A stretch of DNA of 64,000 nt from Chloroflexota bacterium (GTDB lineage: Bacteria; Chloroflexota; Limnocylindria; Limnocylindrales; CSP1-4), in the NCBI GenBank assembly GCA_046045415.1, contig JBJOLT010000015.1, positions 5,988-69,987 on the forward strand. The letters run 5' to 3'. The translations under genes were made by a program, and so were the position numbers. How positions within the stretch are numbered: the first letter of the stretch is position 1; every line of letters starts with the position of its first letter. Positions 54,244 to 63,609 of this stretch are shown here, piece by piece. The notes under the pieces are model-generated. The model made no database searches. It was not told the DNA's origin and was given only the letters and a program-made list of their open reading frames with translations.

Positions 54244-55604
54244 GGTACGCGCCGCCCCCGCGCGATCCCGCGCCGACGCTCGAGCTCGCCGAGGCCGCGG
54301 TCCGGCACGCGCTCGACGCCGGGGCCGACGAGGCCGAGGCGGTGGTCCTCGCGAGCGACTCGGCACTCACCCGCTTCGCGAACAGCGAGATCCACCAGAA
54401 CGTCGCCGAGCGGAGCCTCGAGGTCCGGCTCCGGTTCATCCGCGACGGCCGGTCCGGGGTCGTCACCGCCGACGCGACGGACGACGAGGGGCTCCGCCGG
54501 CTCGCCGGATCGGCCGCCGGCCTGACGAGGCTCCTCGAGCCGCAGCCGGACCTCCCGTCGCTCCCCGACCCGACGCCGCTCCCAGAGGTGACCGGCGCGT
54601 TCGCCGAGGCGACGGCGACGGCGTCGCCGGCGATGCGGGCCGAGGGGGCACGGGCCGTGATCGCGGCGGCCGACGCGGCGGGTGTCGGGTCGTTCGGTTC
54701 GTTCACGACCTCGGTCGACTGGACGGCCGTCGTCAACTCGCGCGGGATCCGCGTCGCGGAGGCGCGGACCCGGGCGCACCTCGTCACGGTCGCGATGGGC
54801 CCGGACGAGGGGACGGGCTACGCGGAGTCGTGCGCGGTCGACGTCGGCACGATCGACGCGGCGGCGCTCGGCCGGGAGGCGGCCGCGACCGCCCGTGCCT
54901 CGGCGCGTCCGGTGGACATCGCCCCGGGCGACTACCCGGTCGTCCTCGCGGAGTACGCGGTCGGCGACATCCTCGACTACCTCGGCTACTGCGGCTTCTC
55001 CGCCCTCGCCGTCCAGCAGGGACGCTCGTTCTTCGAGGCGGGGAAGCGGATCGGCTCGCCCCTCGTGACGATCTGGGACGACGCGCTCGACCCGGCCGGG
55101 ACGCCGGCGTCGTTCGACTTCGAGGGCGTCGCGAAGCAGCGGGTCCCGCTCGTCGTCGACGGGGTCTGCCGCGAGATCGTCCACGACGCGGCGACGGCCG
55201 CCGCCGCGGGACGCCGCTCGACGGGCCACGGCCTCCCCGCGCCGAACACGTGGGGCCCCTTCCCGCTCAACATGGTGATGCGCGCCGGCGACGCGAGCCG
55301 CGACGAGCTGATCGGCGGCCTGGAGCGGGGGCTCCTCGTGACGCGGATCTGGTACTCGAACCCGGTCCACCAGAAGCAGCTGATCATGACCGGGATGACC
55401 CGCGACGGGACCTTCCTCGTCGAGGGCGGACGGATCGTCGGACCGGTCCGGAACCTCCGCTTCACGCACAGCTATCTCGATGCGCTCGCCGCGACGAGCG
55501 CGGTCGGCCGCGAGCGGCGGACGATCTCGGGGATGCTCGGCACGTACGTCGTCCCGTCGATCCGGGCCGACTCGTTCACGTTCACGGGCGCGACGGAGCG
55601 CTGA
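54240..55604 (+). CDS. pmbA: PmbA/TldE-family partner protein
   Basis: 454 aa. ATG at 54240 overlaps the tldD stop (ATGA). It has TldD/PmbA-fold motifs (FDFEGV, TRIWYSN) but no HExxxH. Confidence 0.9.
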   Translation: MRYAPPPRDPAPTLELAEAAVRHALDAGADEAEAVVLASDSALTRFANSEIHQNVAERSLEVRLRFIRDGRSGVVTADATDDEGLRRLAGSAAGLTRLLEPQPDLPSLPDPTPLPEVTGAFAEATATASPAMRAEGARAVIAAADAAGVGSFGSFTTSVDWTAVVNSRGIRVAEARTRAHLVTVAMGPDEGTGYAESCAVDVGTIDAAALGREAAATARASARPVDIAPGDYPVVLAEYAVGDILDYLGYCGFSALAVQQGRSFFEAGKRIGSPLVTIWDDALDPAGTPASFDFEGVAKQRVPLVVDGVCREIVHDAATAAAAGRRSTGHGLPAPNTWGPFPLNMVMRAGDASRDELIGGLERGLLVTRIWYSNPVHQKQLIMTGMTRDGTFLVEGGRIVGPVRNLRFTHSYLDALAATSAVGRERRTISGMLGTYVVPSIRADSFTFTGATER

Positions 55605-55623
55605 CTTCGCGGGAGGCGGACGG

Positions 55624-56613
55624 ATGGCGAAGATCGGCTACGCGGCGATGCTCGAGCAGTTCCACCCGACGGACCTGCTCGACTGGTGCGCGCAGGCGGA
55701 GGCGGCGGGGTTCTCGGCGGGCTTCATGGTCTCCGAGCACTTCCACCCGTGGACGCCGCAGCAGGGCCAGTCCGCCTTCGCGTGGAGCTTCATGGGGGCG
55801 CTCGGGACGCGGACGTCGCTCCCGTTCGGCACCGCCGTCACCTGCCCCGGCTTCCGCTACCACCCGGCGGTCATCGCCCATGCCGCCGCGACGCTCGGTG
55901 CGATGTTCCCCGGCCGCTTCTACCTGGGGCTCGGCGCCGGGGAGGCGCTCAACGAGCACGTCGTCGGGTCGTTCTGGCCGGAGATCGGCGTCCGGAGCGC
56001 GATGATGTTCGAGTCGATCGAGATCATCAACAAGCTCTTCACCGGCGAGGTCGTCAAGCACAAGGGCGAGTACTTCACGCTCGAGAGCGCCCGTCTCTAC
56101 ACCCGCCCGGAGAAGCCGGTCCCGATCCTCGTCGCCACCGCGGGCCCGGTGAACGCGAAGAAGACCGGGAAGTACGCGGACGGGATCATCACCGTCGGCG
56201 CGGCGGACGAGAAGATCGCGATGCTCTGGGGGAAGTACGAGGAGGGCGCGAAGGAGGCGGGCAAGGACGTCACGACGACGCCGAAGCTCCTCCAGATCCA
56301 CGTCTCCTGGGCGCGGACCGACGACGAGGCGGTCGAGAACGCGATGAAGGAGTGGCCGAACGGCGGGATGCCCTTCCCGAAGCAGGACATCAAGAACCCG
56401 GAGGACTTCGCCGCGATGGCGAAACTCGTCAGGCCGGAGGACTTCAAGAACCGCGTCCTCATGACGTCCGATCTCGGCAGGCACATCGCCCACATCCAGC
56501 ACTACGTCGACATGGGCTTCGACGAGGTCCACGTCCACAACGTCGGCCGGAACCAGGCCGAGTTCATCGAGGTCTTCGGGAAGGACGTCATCCCGGCCCT
56601 CAGGCTCGGGTAG
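55624..56613 (+). CDS. LLM-class F420-dependent oxidoreductase, glucose-6-phosphate dehydrogenase (Fgd) family
   Basis: 329 aa with SEHFHPW, FRYHPAVIAHAAATLG and GLGAGEALNEH, paralleling M. tuberculosis Fgd1 from memory. GGGAGG SD. Confidence 0.85.
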   Translation: MAKIGYAAMLEQFHPTDLLDWCAQAEAAGFSAGFMVSEHFHPWTPQQGQSAFAWSFMGALGTRTSLPFGTAVTCPGFRYHPAVIAHAAATLGAMFPGRFYLGLGAGEALNEHVVGSFWPEIGVRSAMMFESIEIINKLFTGEVVKHKGEYFTLESARLYTRPEKPVPILVATAGPVNAKKTGKYADGIITVGAADEKIAMLWGKYEEGAKEAGKDVTTTPKLLQIHVSWARTDDEAVENAMKEWPNGGMPFPKQDIKNPEDFAAMAKLVRPEDFKNRVLMTSDLGRHIAHIQHYVDMGFDEVHVHNVGRNQAEFIEVFGKDVIPALRLG

Positions 56614-56616
56614 CCG

Positions 56617-57039
56617 TCAGCGGCGGGCGCCTCGTCCGTCGAAGAACCCGAGCCGGACGAGCAGGTCCCGGTTCGCCGCCACCGCCGCGTAGAGGAGCCG
56701 GACCGCGCGACGGAACGGGGTGACGCCGAGCCACGGGCGGACCGCGCCGCCCCCCGGGAGCCGGACCGCGATCGCGAGGATCGCGTCGCCGCCACGCGCC
56801 ACCTCCCCGCTCCGCGGGTCGACGACGGTGAGCGCCTCGGCGAGATCGTGCGTCCCTGCAGCCGCGCGCACGTGGTCGTGGGCGGACCCGGGCGCCTCGG
56901 CGAGCGGGAGCAGCTCGAACGCCCGGCGGCCCCTCGGCCCGGCATCCCAGCGCCGGAGGTGCGCGACCGCCCAGCGGCAGAACGAGCACTCCCCGTCGTA
57001 GAGGACGACGAGCGACCCGGCGCCCCCGGTCAGCCCCAC
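56617..57039 (-). CDS. DCC-family thiol-disulfide oxidoreductase (DUF393)
   Basis: 140 aa with the [15 protein letters not shown] motif. GTG at 57039 overlaps the end of the upstream gene by 10 nt. Confidence 0.8.
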   Translation of the reverse strand: MGLTGGAGSLVVLYDGECSFCRWAVAHLRRWDAGPRGRRAFELLPLAEAPGSAHDHVRAAAGTHDLAEALTVVDPRSGEVARGGDAILAIAVRLPGGGAVRPWLGVTPFRRAVRLLYAAVAANRDLLVRLGFFDGRGARR

Positions 57040-59144
57040 GAGCTGCGGGCCGTCTCGGGGTAGAGCCTGACGCGCCGGTACGGCTCCCGGCCGCGGGACC
57101 GCGAGACGACGTTCGCGCGCTCGGCGAGCTGGTGCTGGAGGCGGCGGATGTACGCGTTCTGCGGCGAGAGCTCCACCGGCTCCGAGCCGTGGAGGACGAG
57201 CCCGATCCCCTCCTCGGCCTCGCGGAGCGCCGCCTCGCGCGGGTCGATCGCGAGCGAGAAGATCGAGGTGAGGCTCGCCTCCATCTGGAGGACCGTGTTG
57301 CTCTTCAGGACGTAGACGGGCATCGAGCGCTCCTCCGCCTCGCGGAGCTGCGGCGTCTTCTGGCGGTACTCGCTCTTCAGCACCATGACGACGTCGGCCT
57401 CGTCCACGTCGCGCGCGACGACGACGGGGAGCTGGAGCTCGCGGACCGCCTGCTCGAGCCGCTTCCGGCTCACCCCGATCGGCAGGACCCGGATCGTCGG
57501 GAGGATCGACCCCTCCTCGTCGTCGTACCCGGCGTCCGCGTCTGCGCCGGACCCGAAGGCCTCGGCGGCGAGCTGCTCCGCGTTGACCGGGCCGGTCCCC
57601 TCCTCGGCCCGGAGCGACGTGATCGCCCGCTCCGCCTGGTCGAGCCACTCCTGCTGGCGGCGGAGCTCCCGGGCGTCGCGGGCGCGCGGCTCCGGGGAGG
57701 GGACGGCGCCGCGCTCGAGCGGACCGCGGTCCGCGATCTCGCCGATGACGAACGGGACGCCCGGCACGGTCGGCGCCGCGCCGCCGGGGGCGGCCGGACC
57801 GACTGCGAGGTCGCGACCGGAGAGCCGCTCCCCGGGGAGCGAGTACGGTCCCCCGGGCGGGCCGCCGTCGCCGCGGTCGTGGCGGGTGCCGGTCCCGCGA
57901 CCCGCCGACTCGCGGCCGCCCGGCTCGCGGCCGCGCGCCCCCCGCCAGCCGCCGGACTGACCGGGCCGGTACCCCGGGCGGTACGCCGCTCCCTGCTCCC
58001 CGTGGCCGCCGCGGTACGAGCCACCGCGCCAGCCCGGCTCCATCCGCCATGGCGCGCCGCCACCGACGAGGCCGGCGAAGCGCTCGGTGCCGAGACGCTC
58101 GCGCGGCGACGGGCGCGGCCGCGACTGGGACCGGTGGACCCCCTCCTCGTCGCGCCACCGGAGCTCCGGCGCCTCGGGCTCCCCGCGGAGGAGCGAGTCG
58201 ACGGTCTCCGCGACGTCGGCGTGGACGATCACCCGGTCGCGGTCCTGGATCTCGATGACGACGTCGAAGGTGGGCGGCGCCTTCCGCTCGAGGACGCTCT
58301 TCTGCGAGCGGCGGCGGCGGGCTTCCTCGTCGCCGAGCGTGACGCTCTGGATCCCGCCGATCAGGTCCGAGAGGGTCGGGTTGAGCATCAGGTTGTCGAG
58401 GTTGTTCCCGTGCGCCGTCCCGATCAGCTGGACGCCCCGCTCCGCGATCGTCCGGGCGGCCTGCGCCTCGAGCTCCGTCCCGATCTCGTCGATGACGATC
58501 ACCTGGGGCATGTGGTTCTCGACCGCCTCGATCATCACCTCGTGCTGGAGCGAGGGCGTCCGGACCTGCATCCGGCGCGCCTTGCCGATCGCCGGATGCG
58601 GGATGTCGCCGTCCCCGGCGATCTCGTTCGACGTGTCGACGACGACGACCCGCTTGCGGAGGTCGTCGGCGAGGACGCGCGCCGCCTCGCGGAGCATCGT
58701 CGTCTTGCCGATCCCCGGGCGGCCCATGATGAGGATCGACTTCCCGCTCTCGACGAAGTCCCCGATGATCTCGATCGTCCCGAAGACGGCGCGCCCGATC
58801 CGGCAGGTGAGCCCGACGATCTTCCCGTTCCGGTTCCGGATGGCGCTGATCCGGTGGAGCGTCCGCTCGATGCCCGCCCGGTTGTCGTCGCCGAACGACC
58901 CGATGTGGTCGACGACGTAGCCGATGTCGGCCTCGGTGACCTCGCGCTCGAGGAGCATCACCTCGTCGTTCGGGAAGCGCGCCTCGGGACGCCGGCCCAG
59001 GTCGAGGACGACCTCGATGAGGTCGGACCGGTCCGGGAGGGCGCGGACGGCGGCGACCACCTCCGGCGGGAGCGCCGTCAGGAGGAGCTCGAGGTCGTCG
59101 GCCGCCTCGCGGCGGGTGGCTGCGGTCGGGCGCGGGTCGGGCAC
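57030..59144 (-). CDS. SpoIIIAA/Ycf45-like AAA ATPase fused to a C-terminal R3H domain through a Gly/Arg-rich linker
   Basis: About 704 aa with Walker [10 protein letters not shown] and Walker B VIVIDEIG. The RGG-type linker reads [34 protein letters not shown]. The C-terminus is [33 protein letters not shown] (R3H). GTG at 59144 follows GGAAGGAGAG. Alternative GTG at 59159. Confidence 0.8.
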   Translation of the reverse strand: MPDPRPTAATRREAADDLELLLTALPPEVVAAVRALPDRSDLIEVVLDLGRRPEARFPNDEVMLLEREVTEADIGYVVDHIGSFGDDNRAGIERTLHRISAIRNRNGKIVGLTCRIGRAVFGTIEIIGDFVESGKSILIMGRPGIGKTTMLREAARVLADDLRKRVVVVDTSNEIAGDGDIPHPAIGKARRMQVRTPSLQHEVMIEAVENHMPQVIVIDEIGTELEAQAARTIAERGVQLIGTAHGNNLDNLMLNPTLSDLIGGIQSVTLGDEEARRRRSQKSVLERKAPPTFDVVIEIQDRDRVIVHADVAETVDSLLRGEPEAPELRWRDEEGVHRSQSRPRPSPRERLGTERFAGLVGGGAPWRMEPGWRGGSYRGGHGEQGAAYRPGYRPGQSGGWRGARGREPGGRESAGRGTGTRHDRGDGGPPGGPYSLPGERLSGRDLAVGPAAPGGAAPTVPGVPFVIGEIADRGPLERGAVPSPEPRARDARELRRQQEWLDQAERAITSLRAEEGTGPVNAEQLAAEAFGSGADADAGYDDEEGSILPTIRVLPIGVSRKRLEQAVRELQLPVVVARDVDEADVVMVLKSEYRQKTPQLREAEERSMPVYVLKSNTVLQMEASLTSIFSLAIDPREAALREAEEGIGLVLHGSEPVELSPQNAYIRRLQHQLAERANVVSRSRGREPYRRVRLYPETARSSWG

Positions 59145-59161
59145 GGTCTCTCCTTCCACGC

Positions 59162-60202
59162 TCAGCGGATCGCGGGGACGAGCGCCGGCTGGGCGACGCG
59201 GACGAGCGTCTCCTTCAGGAGGAGGACGACGCTCGCGACCGTCGCGAAGCCCGCCTCCTCGAGGCGGCGGTCGAGCGGCGCCTCGTACGTGCGGACCGGG
59301 GAGATGACGCCGTGCTCCCGCCGGTCGCCGCCGCGATGCTCGGCGATGACGCCGAGACCGTGGCGGATCGCGCCGGACGGGTCGGCCCCGGGACGGGCGA
59401 TCACCTTGAGGTAGTGCGGCTGGTCCGCCTCCGCGACCCCCACCTGGACGAAGGCGTCGAGGAGCGTCCCGTCCTCGCCCCCGTCCTCGGCCTCGACGAC
59501 GAACGAGCGGACGTCCGCGAAGCGGAGGAGCGGCGCGAGGCTGGAGCGCGGGACGCGCCACGCGCCGCCCTGCCGCTCCCAGTCGACGAGCCGGTAGGCC
59601 TCGAGCCGCCGGACGGGGACCGGGGTCGTCGCCTCGTAGAGGCGGCTGAGCGCGAGGGCGTCGAGCGGGGTCGTCGGCCGGATCCGTGCCGCGGCGATCT
59701 CGTCCCGGCCCATCGGCTCGGGGAGCGGCCGGTCGGCCGGGCGGACCATCACGAGCTCCTCGCCGTAGCGGGCGAAGCCCGACTGCATGAAGAGCTCGAC
59801 GTTCCCCGCCCGGTCGAGGCACGCGACGTGGAGGCGGATCGCCCCGCGCCGGGACCCCTCGCGCATCAGCTGCTGGAGGAGGCGGAAGCGGATGTCGCCG
59901 GCGGTCGCCGCCCCGATCGCGTCGAGCTCCACGATCGTCCACTCGTCGCGATGGCCGTCCCGCTCGACCCTCAGGAGGCCCGCGACGGTCCCCGACTCCT
60001 CGTAGACGTAGAGCAGGTCATGCGGGCTGAAGGCGCCGAGGGGGAGCCGGAAGAGACTGAAGACGCCGATCGGCGGACCGCTCACCGGCAGCCCGAGCGA
60101 GCGGGTCTCCTGCGCCTCCCGCTCGGCGAGCCGGGAGAGCTCCCCGAGCGCGGCGAGGTCCGTGAGGCGCGCGATCCGGACCTTCCCGGGGCGCGCGCTC
60201 AT
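59162..60202 (-). CDS. GNAT-family N-acetyltransferase (tandem GNAT-like halves)
   Basis: 346 aa. ATG at 60202 overlaps the pdxT stop (ATGA). It has a GNAT-like core ([40 protein letters not shown]). Confidence 0.7.
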   Translation of the reverse strand: MSARPGKVRIARLTDLAALGELSRLAEREAQETRSLGLPVSGPPIGVFSLFRLPLGAFSPHDLLYVYEESGTVAGLLRVERDGHRDEWTIVELDAIGAATAGDIRFRLLQQLMREGSRRGAIRLHVACLDRAGNVELFMQSGFARYGEELVMVRPADRPLPEPMGRDEIAAARIRPTTPLDALALSRLYEATTPVPVRRLEAYRLVDWERQGGAWRVPRSSLAPLLRFADVRSFVVEAEDGGEDGTLLDAFVQVGVAEADQPHYLKVIARPGADPSGAIRHGLGVIAEHRGGDRREHGVISPVRTYEAPLDRRLEEAGFATVASVVLLLKETLVRVAQPALVPAIR

Positions 60203-60885
60203 CCGCCGACCCGCTCCCCTGCCGACCGGCGGGTGGGGTGGCGGCGGCGACCGGATCCCTCGCCGGGCTGCTCGTGCTCGGTCGCCATCGTCGCGACGAG
60301 GCGGTGGAAACGGGTCTCCCCCGCGAGCTCCGGATGGAAGGCGGTCGCGATGACGTTCCGCTCGCGGACGGCGACGATCCGGCCGTCCTCGAGCCGGGCG
60401 AGGACGTCGACGCCGGGCCCGACCCGCTCGATGACCGGCGCGCGGATGAAGACCGCCCGGACCGGCTGGTCGCCGAGGACGGGGACGGGAAGGTCCGCCT
60501 CGAACGAGTCGAGCTGGCGGCCGAACGCGTTCCGCGCGACCGTGACGTCGAGGAGGGGGAAGACCGGCTCGTCCCCGCCCGAGATCTCCTTCGCGAGGAT
60601 GATCATCCCGGCGCACGTCCCGAAGATCGGCGCGCCGCGGGCCGCGAGCTCGAGCACCGGCTCCCGGAGCCCCCATCGATCGATCAGCTTCCGCATCGTC
60701 GTGCTCTCGCCGCCGGGGAGGATCAGGCCGCTCACCCCGGCGAGGTCGCGGGGAAGGCGCACCTCGACCGCCTCGACGCCGATCCGGCGGAGGAGCTGGA
60801 CGTGCTCGATGAACGCCCCCTGGAGGGCAAGGACCCCGATCCTCACGAGAGGGGTGCCGCCGCGCGGATCGCTCGCACCGGCCAC
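60199..60885 (-). CDS. pdxT: Pyridoxal 5'-phosphate synthase glutaminase subunit PdxT
   Basis: Contains IGVLALQGAF, PGGESTT, GTCAGMI and FHPE. Alternative GTG start at 60846. The C-terminal tail is unusually long and charged. Confidence 0.9.
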   Translation of the reverse strand: MAGASDPRGGTPLVRIGVLALQGAFIEHVQLLRRIGVEAVEVRLPRDLAGVSGLILPGGESTTMRKLIDRWGLREPVLELAARGAPIFGTCAGMIILAKEISGGDEPVFPLLDVTVARNAFGRQLDSFEADLPVPVLGDQPVRAVFIRAPVIERVGPGVDVLARLEDGRIVAVRERNVIATAFHPELAGETRFHRLVATMATEHEQPGEGSGRRRHPTRRSAGERVGG

Positions 60886-60898
60886 CCGAGCCGGCCCA

Positions 60899-61783
60899 CT
60901 ACCAGCCGCGGACCGCCAGGCGCTCGTGCTCCGGGATCGCCTCGAGGGCGATCCCTCGCATCGCCCCGCCGAGCCCCTTCGAGACGTCGGCGATGATCGC
61001 CGGGTCCTCGAAGTGCGTCGTCGCCTGGACGATCGCGTTCGCCATCCTCGCCGGCGACTCGCTCTTGAAGATCCCCGAGCCGACGAACACCCCCTCGGCC
61101 CCGAGGTGCATCGCGAGCGCGGCGTCCGCCGGGGTCGCGATCCCGCCGGCGACGAAGTTCACCACCGGGAGCTTCCCCGCACGGGCGACCTCGCGGACGA
61201 GGTCGAGCGGCGCCTGCAGCTCCTTCGCCGCGACGAAGAGCTCGTCGTCGCGCATCGACGCGAGCCGGCGGATCTCGGCGTTCACGGTCCGGATGTGGCG
61301 GACGGCCTCGACGATGTTCCCGGTCCCCGCCTCGCCCTTCGTCCGCATCATCGCGGCGCCCTCGCTGATCCGGCGGAGGGCCTCGCCGAGGTTCCGCGAG
61401 CCGCAGACGAACGGGACCTTGAAGGCGTGCTTGTCGATGTGGTTCGACTCGTCGGCGGGGGTGAGGACCTCCGACTCGTCGATGTAGTCGACGCCGAGCG
61501 CCTCGAGGACCTGCGCCTCGACGATGTGGCCGATCCGGGCCTTCGCCATGACCGGGATCGTCACGGCGTCCATGATCCCGACGATCATCTCGGGGTCGCT
61601 CATCCGGGCGACGCCGCCCGAGGCGCGGATGTCGGAGGGGACGCGCTCGAGCGCCATGACGGCGACGGCGCCGGCGTCCTCCGCGATCTTCGCCTCGTCG
61701 GGGGTGACGACGTCCATGATGACGCCGCCCTTGAGCATCTGCGCGAGGCCCGTCTTGGTCGCCCAGGTGGAGGTCTCGGTCAT
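60899..61783 (-). CDS. pdxS: Pyridoxal 5'-phosphate synthase lyase subunit PdxS
   Basis: 294 aa with [24 protein letters not shown] and TKGEAGTGN. Highly conserved. Confidence 0.95.
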   Translation of the reverse strand: MTETSTWATKTGLAQMLKGGVIMDVVTPDEAKIAEDAGAVAVMALERVPSDIRASGGVARMSDPEMIVGIMDAVTIPVMAKARIGHIVEAQVLEALGVDYIDESEVLTPADESNHIDKHAFKVPFVCGSRNLGEALRRISEGAAMMRTKGEAGTGNIVEAVRHIRTVNAEIRRLASMRDDELFVAAKELQAPLDLVREVARAGKLPVVNFVAGGIATPADAALAMHLGAEGVFVGSGIFKSESPARMANAIVQATTHFEDPAIIADVSKGLGGAMRGIALEAIPEHERLAVRGW

Positions 61784-61884
61784 GATCGGATCGGTCCTTC
61801 AGCGGTGGTGGTCGCGCCGAACGCCGCCGGGACGGCCCCGGCCCCGCGTCCGCACCTGATCATTCGCGGCCACCGCCTCCGCGG

Positions 61885-61890
61885 ATTATC
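61885..61890 (-). promoter_or_regulatory. Candidate extended -10 box (TGcGATAAT) for pdxS
   Basis: This is the only AT-rich hexamer in the 155-nt spacer. It lies about 100 nt upstream of the pdxS ATG and just downstream of the VOC-gene hairpin. Confidence 0.3.
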
Positions 61891-61908
61891 GCACGCGTGG
61901 TCGAACGG

Positions 61909-61937
61909 CCCGGCGACCGTCCGGTCCGGTCGCCGGG
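61909..61937 (-). terminator. Stem-loop immediately after the VOC-gene stop (10-bp perfect stem, 9-nt loop)
   Basis: CCCGGCGACC gtccggtcc GGTCGCCGGG, starting 1 nt after the stop at 61939-61941. There is no long U-tract. Confidence 0.4.
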
Positions 61938-61938
61938 C

Positions 61939-62727
61939 TCATCGCCCCCCGCCGAGGACGAGCCAGCGGCAGCCGAGGAGCTCCGCGCACCGGAGCTCGC
62001 CCGCGGGCGTCCCGGCGACCCGGAGGACGACCGTCGCGACCGGCGGATCCCCCGGCGGCCGCGTCGGCACGAGGCGGAGCGTCGCGGCGCCGATCGCCGC
62101 GTCACGGGCGCCGCGACCGGCGAGCGACGGCCGGAACGGCCCGATCCCCGCGCCGACGAGGAGACGCATCCCGATCCGGTGGGTCTCGGCGACCGGGAGC
62201 TCGAGCCGCTCGAGCCTCACGGGTCCGCCGATCGGATGGGCCTCGGCCGCCCGCGCCGCCCGCTCCGCGGGCGTCCATTCGGCCGCGGCGCCGTCGTGCT
62301 CGATGAGGAACGGGGGTTCGAGGGGGCCGAGGCGGGACGCGGCGGCGAGCCGCCAGCGGACGACCCGGCCGTCCGGCCGCGTCCGCTCCCCGTCCAGCGG
62401 CCCGGCGAGGTCGGCGCCGCCGGCCCGCAGCCGGTCGACCTCGACGTCGAGCCGCTCGGTCGCCACGGCCCACGTCGCGAGCCCGCCGCCCGCCGCGAGC
62501 GTCCGGACGGTCGGCGCCCCGACCCAGGAGGCGGCGGCGAGCGTCGGGTCGCGCACCCCGATCAGCTCGAGGTAGGTGTCGCCGAGCCAGACGAGCCGGT
62601 TGAAGGTCCCGAGCCGCGCATGGTCGCCACCGCCGGTCGCCCGGAGGCCGAGCTCGCGCTCGAGGAGCGCCGCCGCGCCGTCGGGGTCGGCGACGGCGAT
62701 GACGAGGTGGTCGATCCGGGTCGGCAC
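61939..62727 (-). CDS. VOC/glyoxalase-like domain protein
   Basis: 262 aa from GTG 62727, starting VPTRIDHLVIAVADPDGAAALLERELGL..YLELIGV. Confidence 0.7.
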   Translation of the reverse strand: MPTRIDHLVIAVADPDGAAALLERELGLRATGGGDHARLGTFNRLVWLGDTYLELIGVRDPTLAAASWVGAPTVRTLAAGGGLATWAVATERLDVEVDRLRAGGADLAGPLDGERTRPDGRVVRWRLAAASRLGPLEPPFLIEHDGAAAEWTPAERAARAAEAHPIGGPVRLERLELPVAETHRIGMRLLVGAGIGPFRPSLAGRGARDAAIGAATLRLVPTRPPGDPPVATVVLRVAGTPAGELRCAELLGCRWLVLGGGR

Positions 62728-62783
62728 GTGCGCAGCGTAGCGCCGCGACGACGCGCCCCCGGGGCGGTACCCTCTCGTGGCGC

Positions 62784-62975
62784 ATGGAGGGTCCGATGAC
62801 GAGCGACTACGCGACGACGCGCGAGCGGCTCCTAGCTGAGCACGCCGAGGCGCGGCGCCGCCGCGACGCGGCGGAGCACGGGAGCGACGCCCACCGAAAG
62901 GCGATCGCCGAGGTCGGCCGGATCGAGGTCGAGCTCGCGCGACTCGCGAGGGACCAGGACCCGCCGCTCGTCTGA
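62784..62975 (+). CDS. Small helical hypothetical protein (63 aa)
   Basis: Protein-like charged helical composition (ERLLAEHAEARRRRDAAEHGSDAHRKAIAEVGRIEVELARLARD). No family recognised. Confidence 0.45.
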   Translation: MEGPMTSDYATTRERLLAEHAEARRRRDAAEHGSDAHRKAIAEVGRIEVELARLARDQDPPLV

Positions 62976-63050
62976 CGCGGCGCGATCCGCGAGCTGCCCG
63001 GTCCGTGGTCCGCACGGACCGCGACCCGGACCCCTGCTAGCATCGCGGCG

Positions 63051-63566
63051 ATGGATGGGGTCGTCCTCGTGCTCAACCAGAACTACGAGCCGCTGAACGT
63101 CTGCAACCTGCCTCGCGCGTTCCGGCTCGTCTTCGGGTCGAAGGCCGAGGTGATCGAGTACGACCACCAGGTGATCCGGACGCCACGGGAGAGCTACCGC
63201 GCCCCGTCGGTGATCCGGCTCCAGCACCAGGTCCGCCGGCCGCGGCCCCGGGTGAAGCTCTCGCGCCGGGAGGTCTTCAATCGCGACCGGCACACCTGCC
63301 AGTACTGCGGGCGGCAGGCGAACGACCTGACGCTCGACCACGTGGTCCCGCGCCGCCATGGCGGCGGCCACTCGTGGGAGAACCTCGTCGCCGCCTGCAA
63401 GGCGTGCAACCACCGCAAGGGCTCCCGGACCCCGGAGGAGGCGCATCTCAGGCTCGTCCGCCCGCCGTTCGAGCCGCGGAGCGACGTCTACTCGCTCTTC
63501 ACCCCCTACCTGGACGACGCGCGGAACGAGGCCTGGCGCGGCTACCTCTTCCTCGGTCGGAGCTGA
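63051..63566 (+). CDS. HNH endonuclease-family protein
   Basis: 171 aa with CQYCG..LTLDHVVPRRHGGGHSWENLVAACKACNHRKG. Confidence 0.85.
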   Translation: MDGVVLVLNQNYEPLNVCNLPRAFRLVFGSKAEVIEYDHQVIRTPRESYRAPSVIRLQHQVRRPRPRVKLSRREVFNRDRHTCQYCGRQANDLTLDHVVPRRHGGGHSWENLVAACKACNHRKGSRTPEEAHLRLVRPPFEPRSDVYSLFTPYLDDARNEAWRGYLFLGRS

Positions 63567-63609
63567 GGCGATCGGCGCGCCGGTCGCCCCGCCCGCGCTC
63601 CCCCCGGCG

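Noticed and set aside
52789-55604. TldD/TldE as part of a microcin B17-like RiPP maturation cluster
   Set aside because: No precursor peptide, cyclodehydratase/dehydrogenase or dedicated exporter lies nearby. The pair is a common housekeeping peptidase module.
63051-63566. The HNH endonuclease as a marker of a mobile element, restriction system or other defence system
   Set aside because: It is a stand-alone small HNH protein flanked by a VOC gene, a tiny helical ORF and the cca gene. There is no methyltransferase, terminase, ATPase or other defence partner. GC content and codon style match the host.
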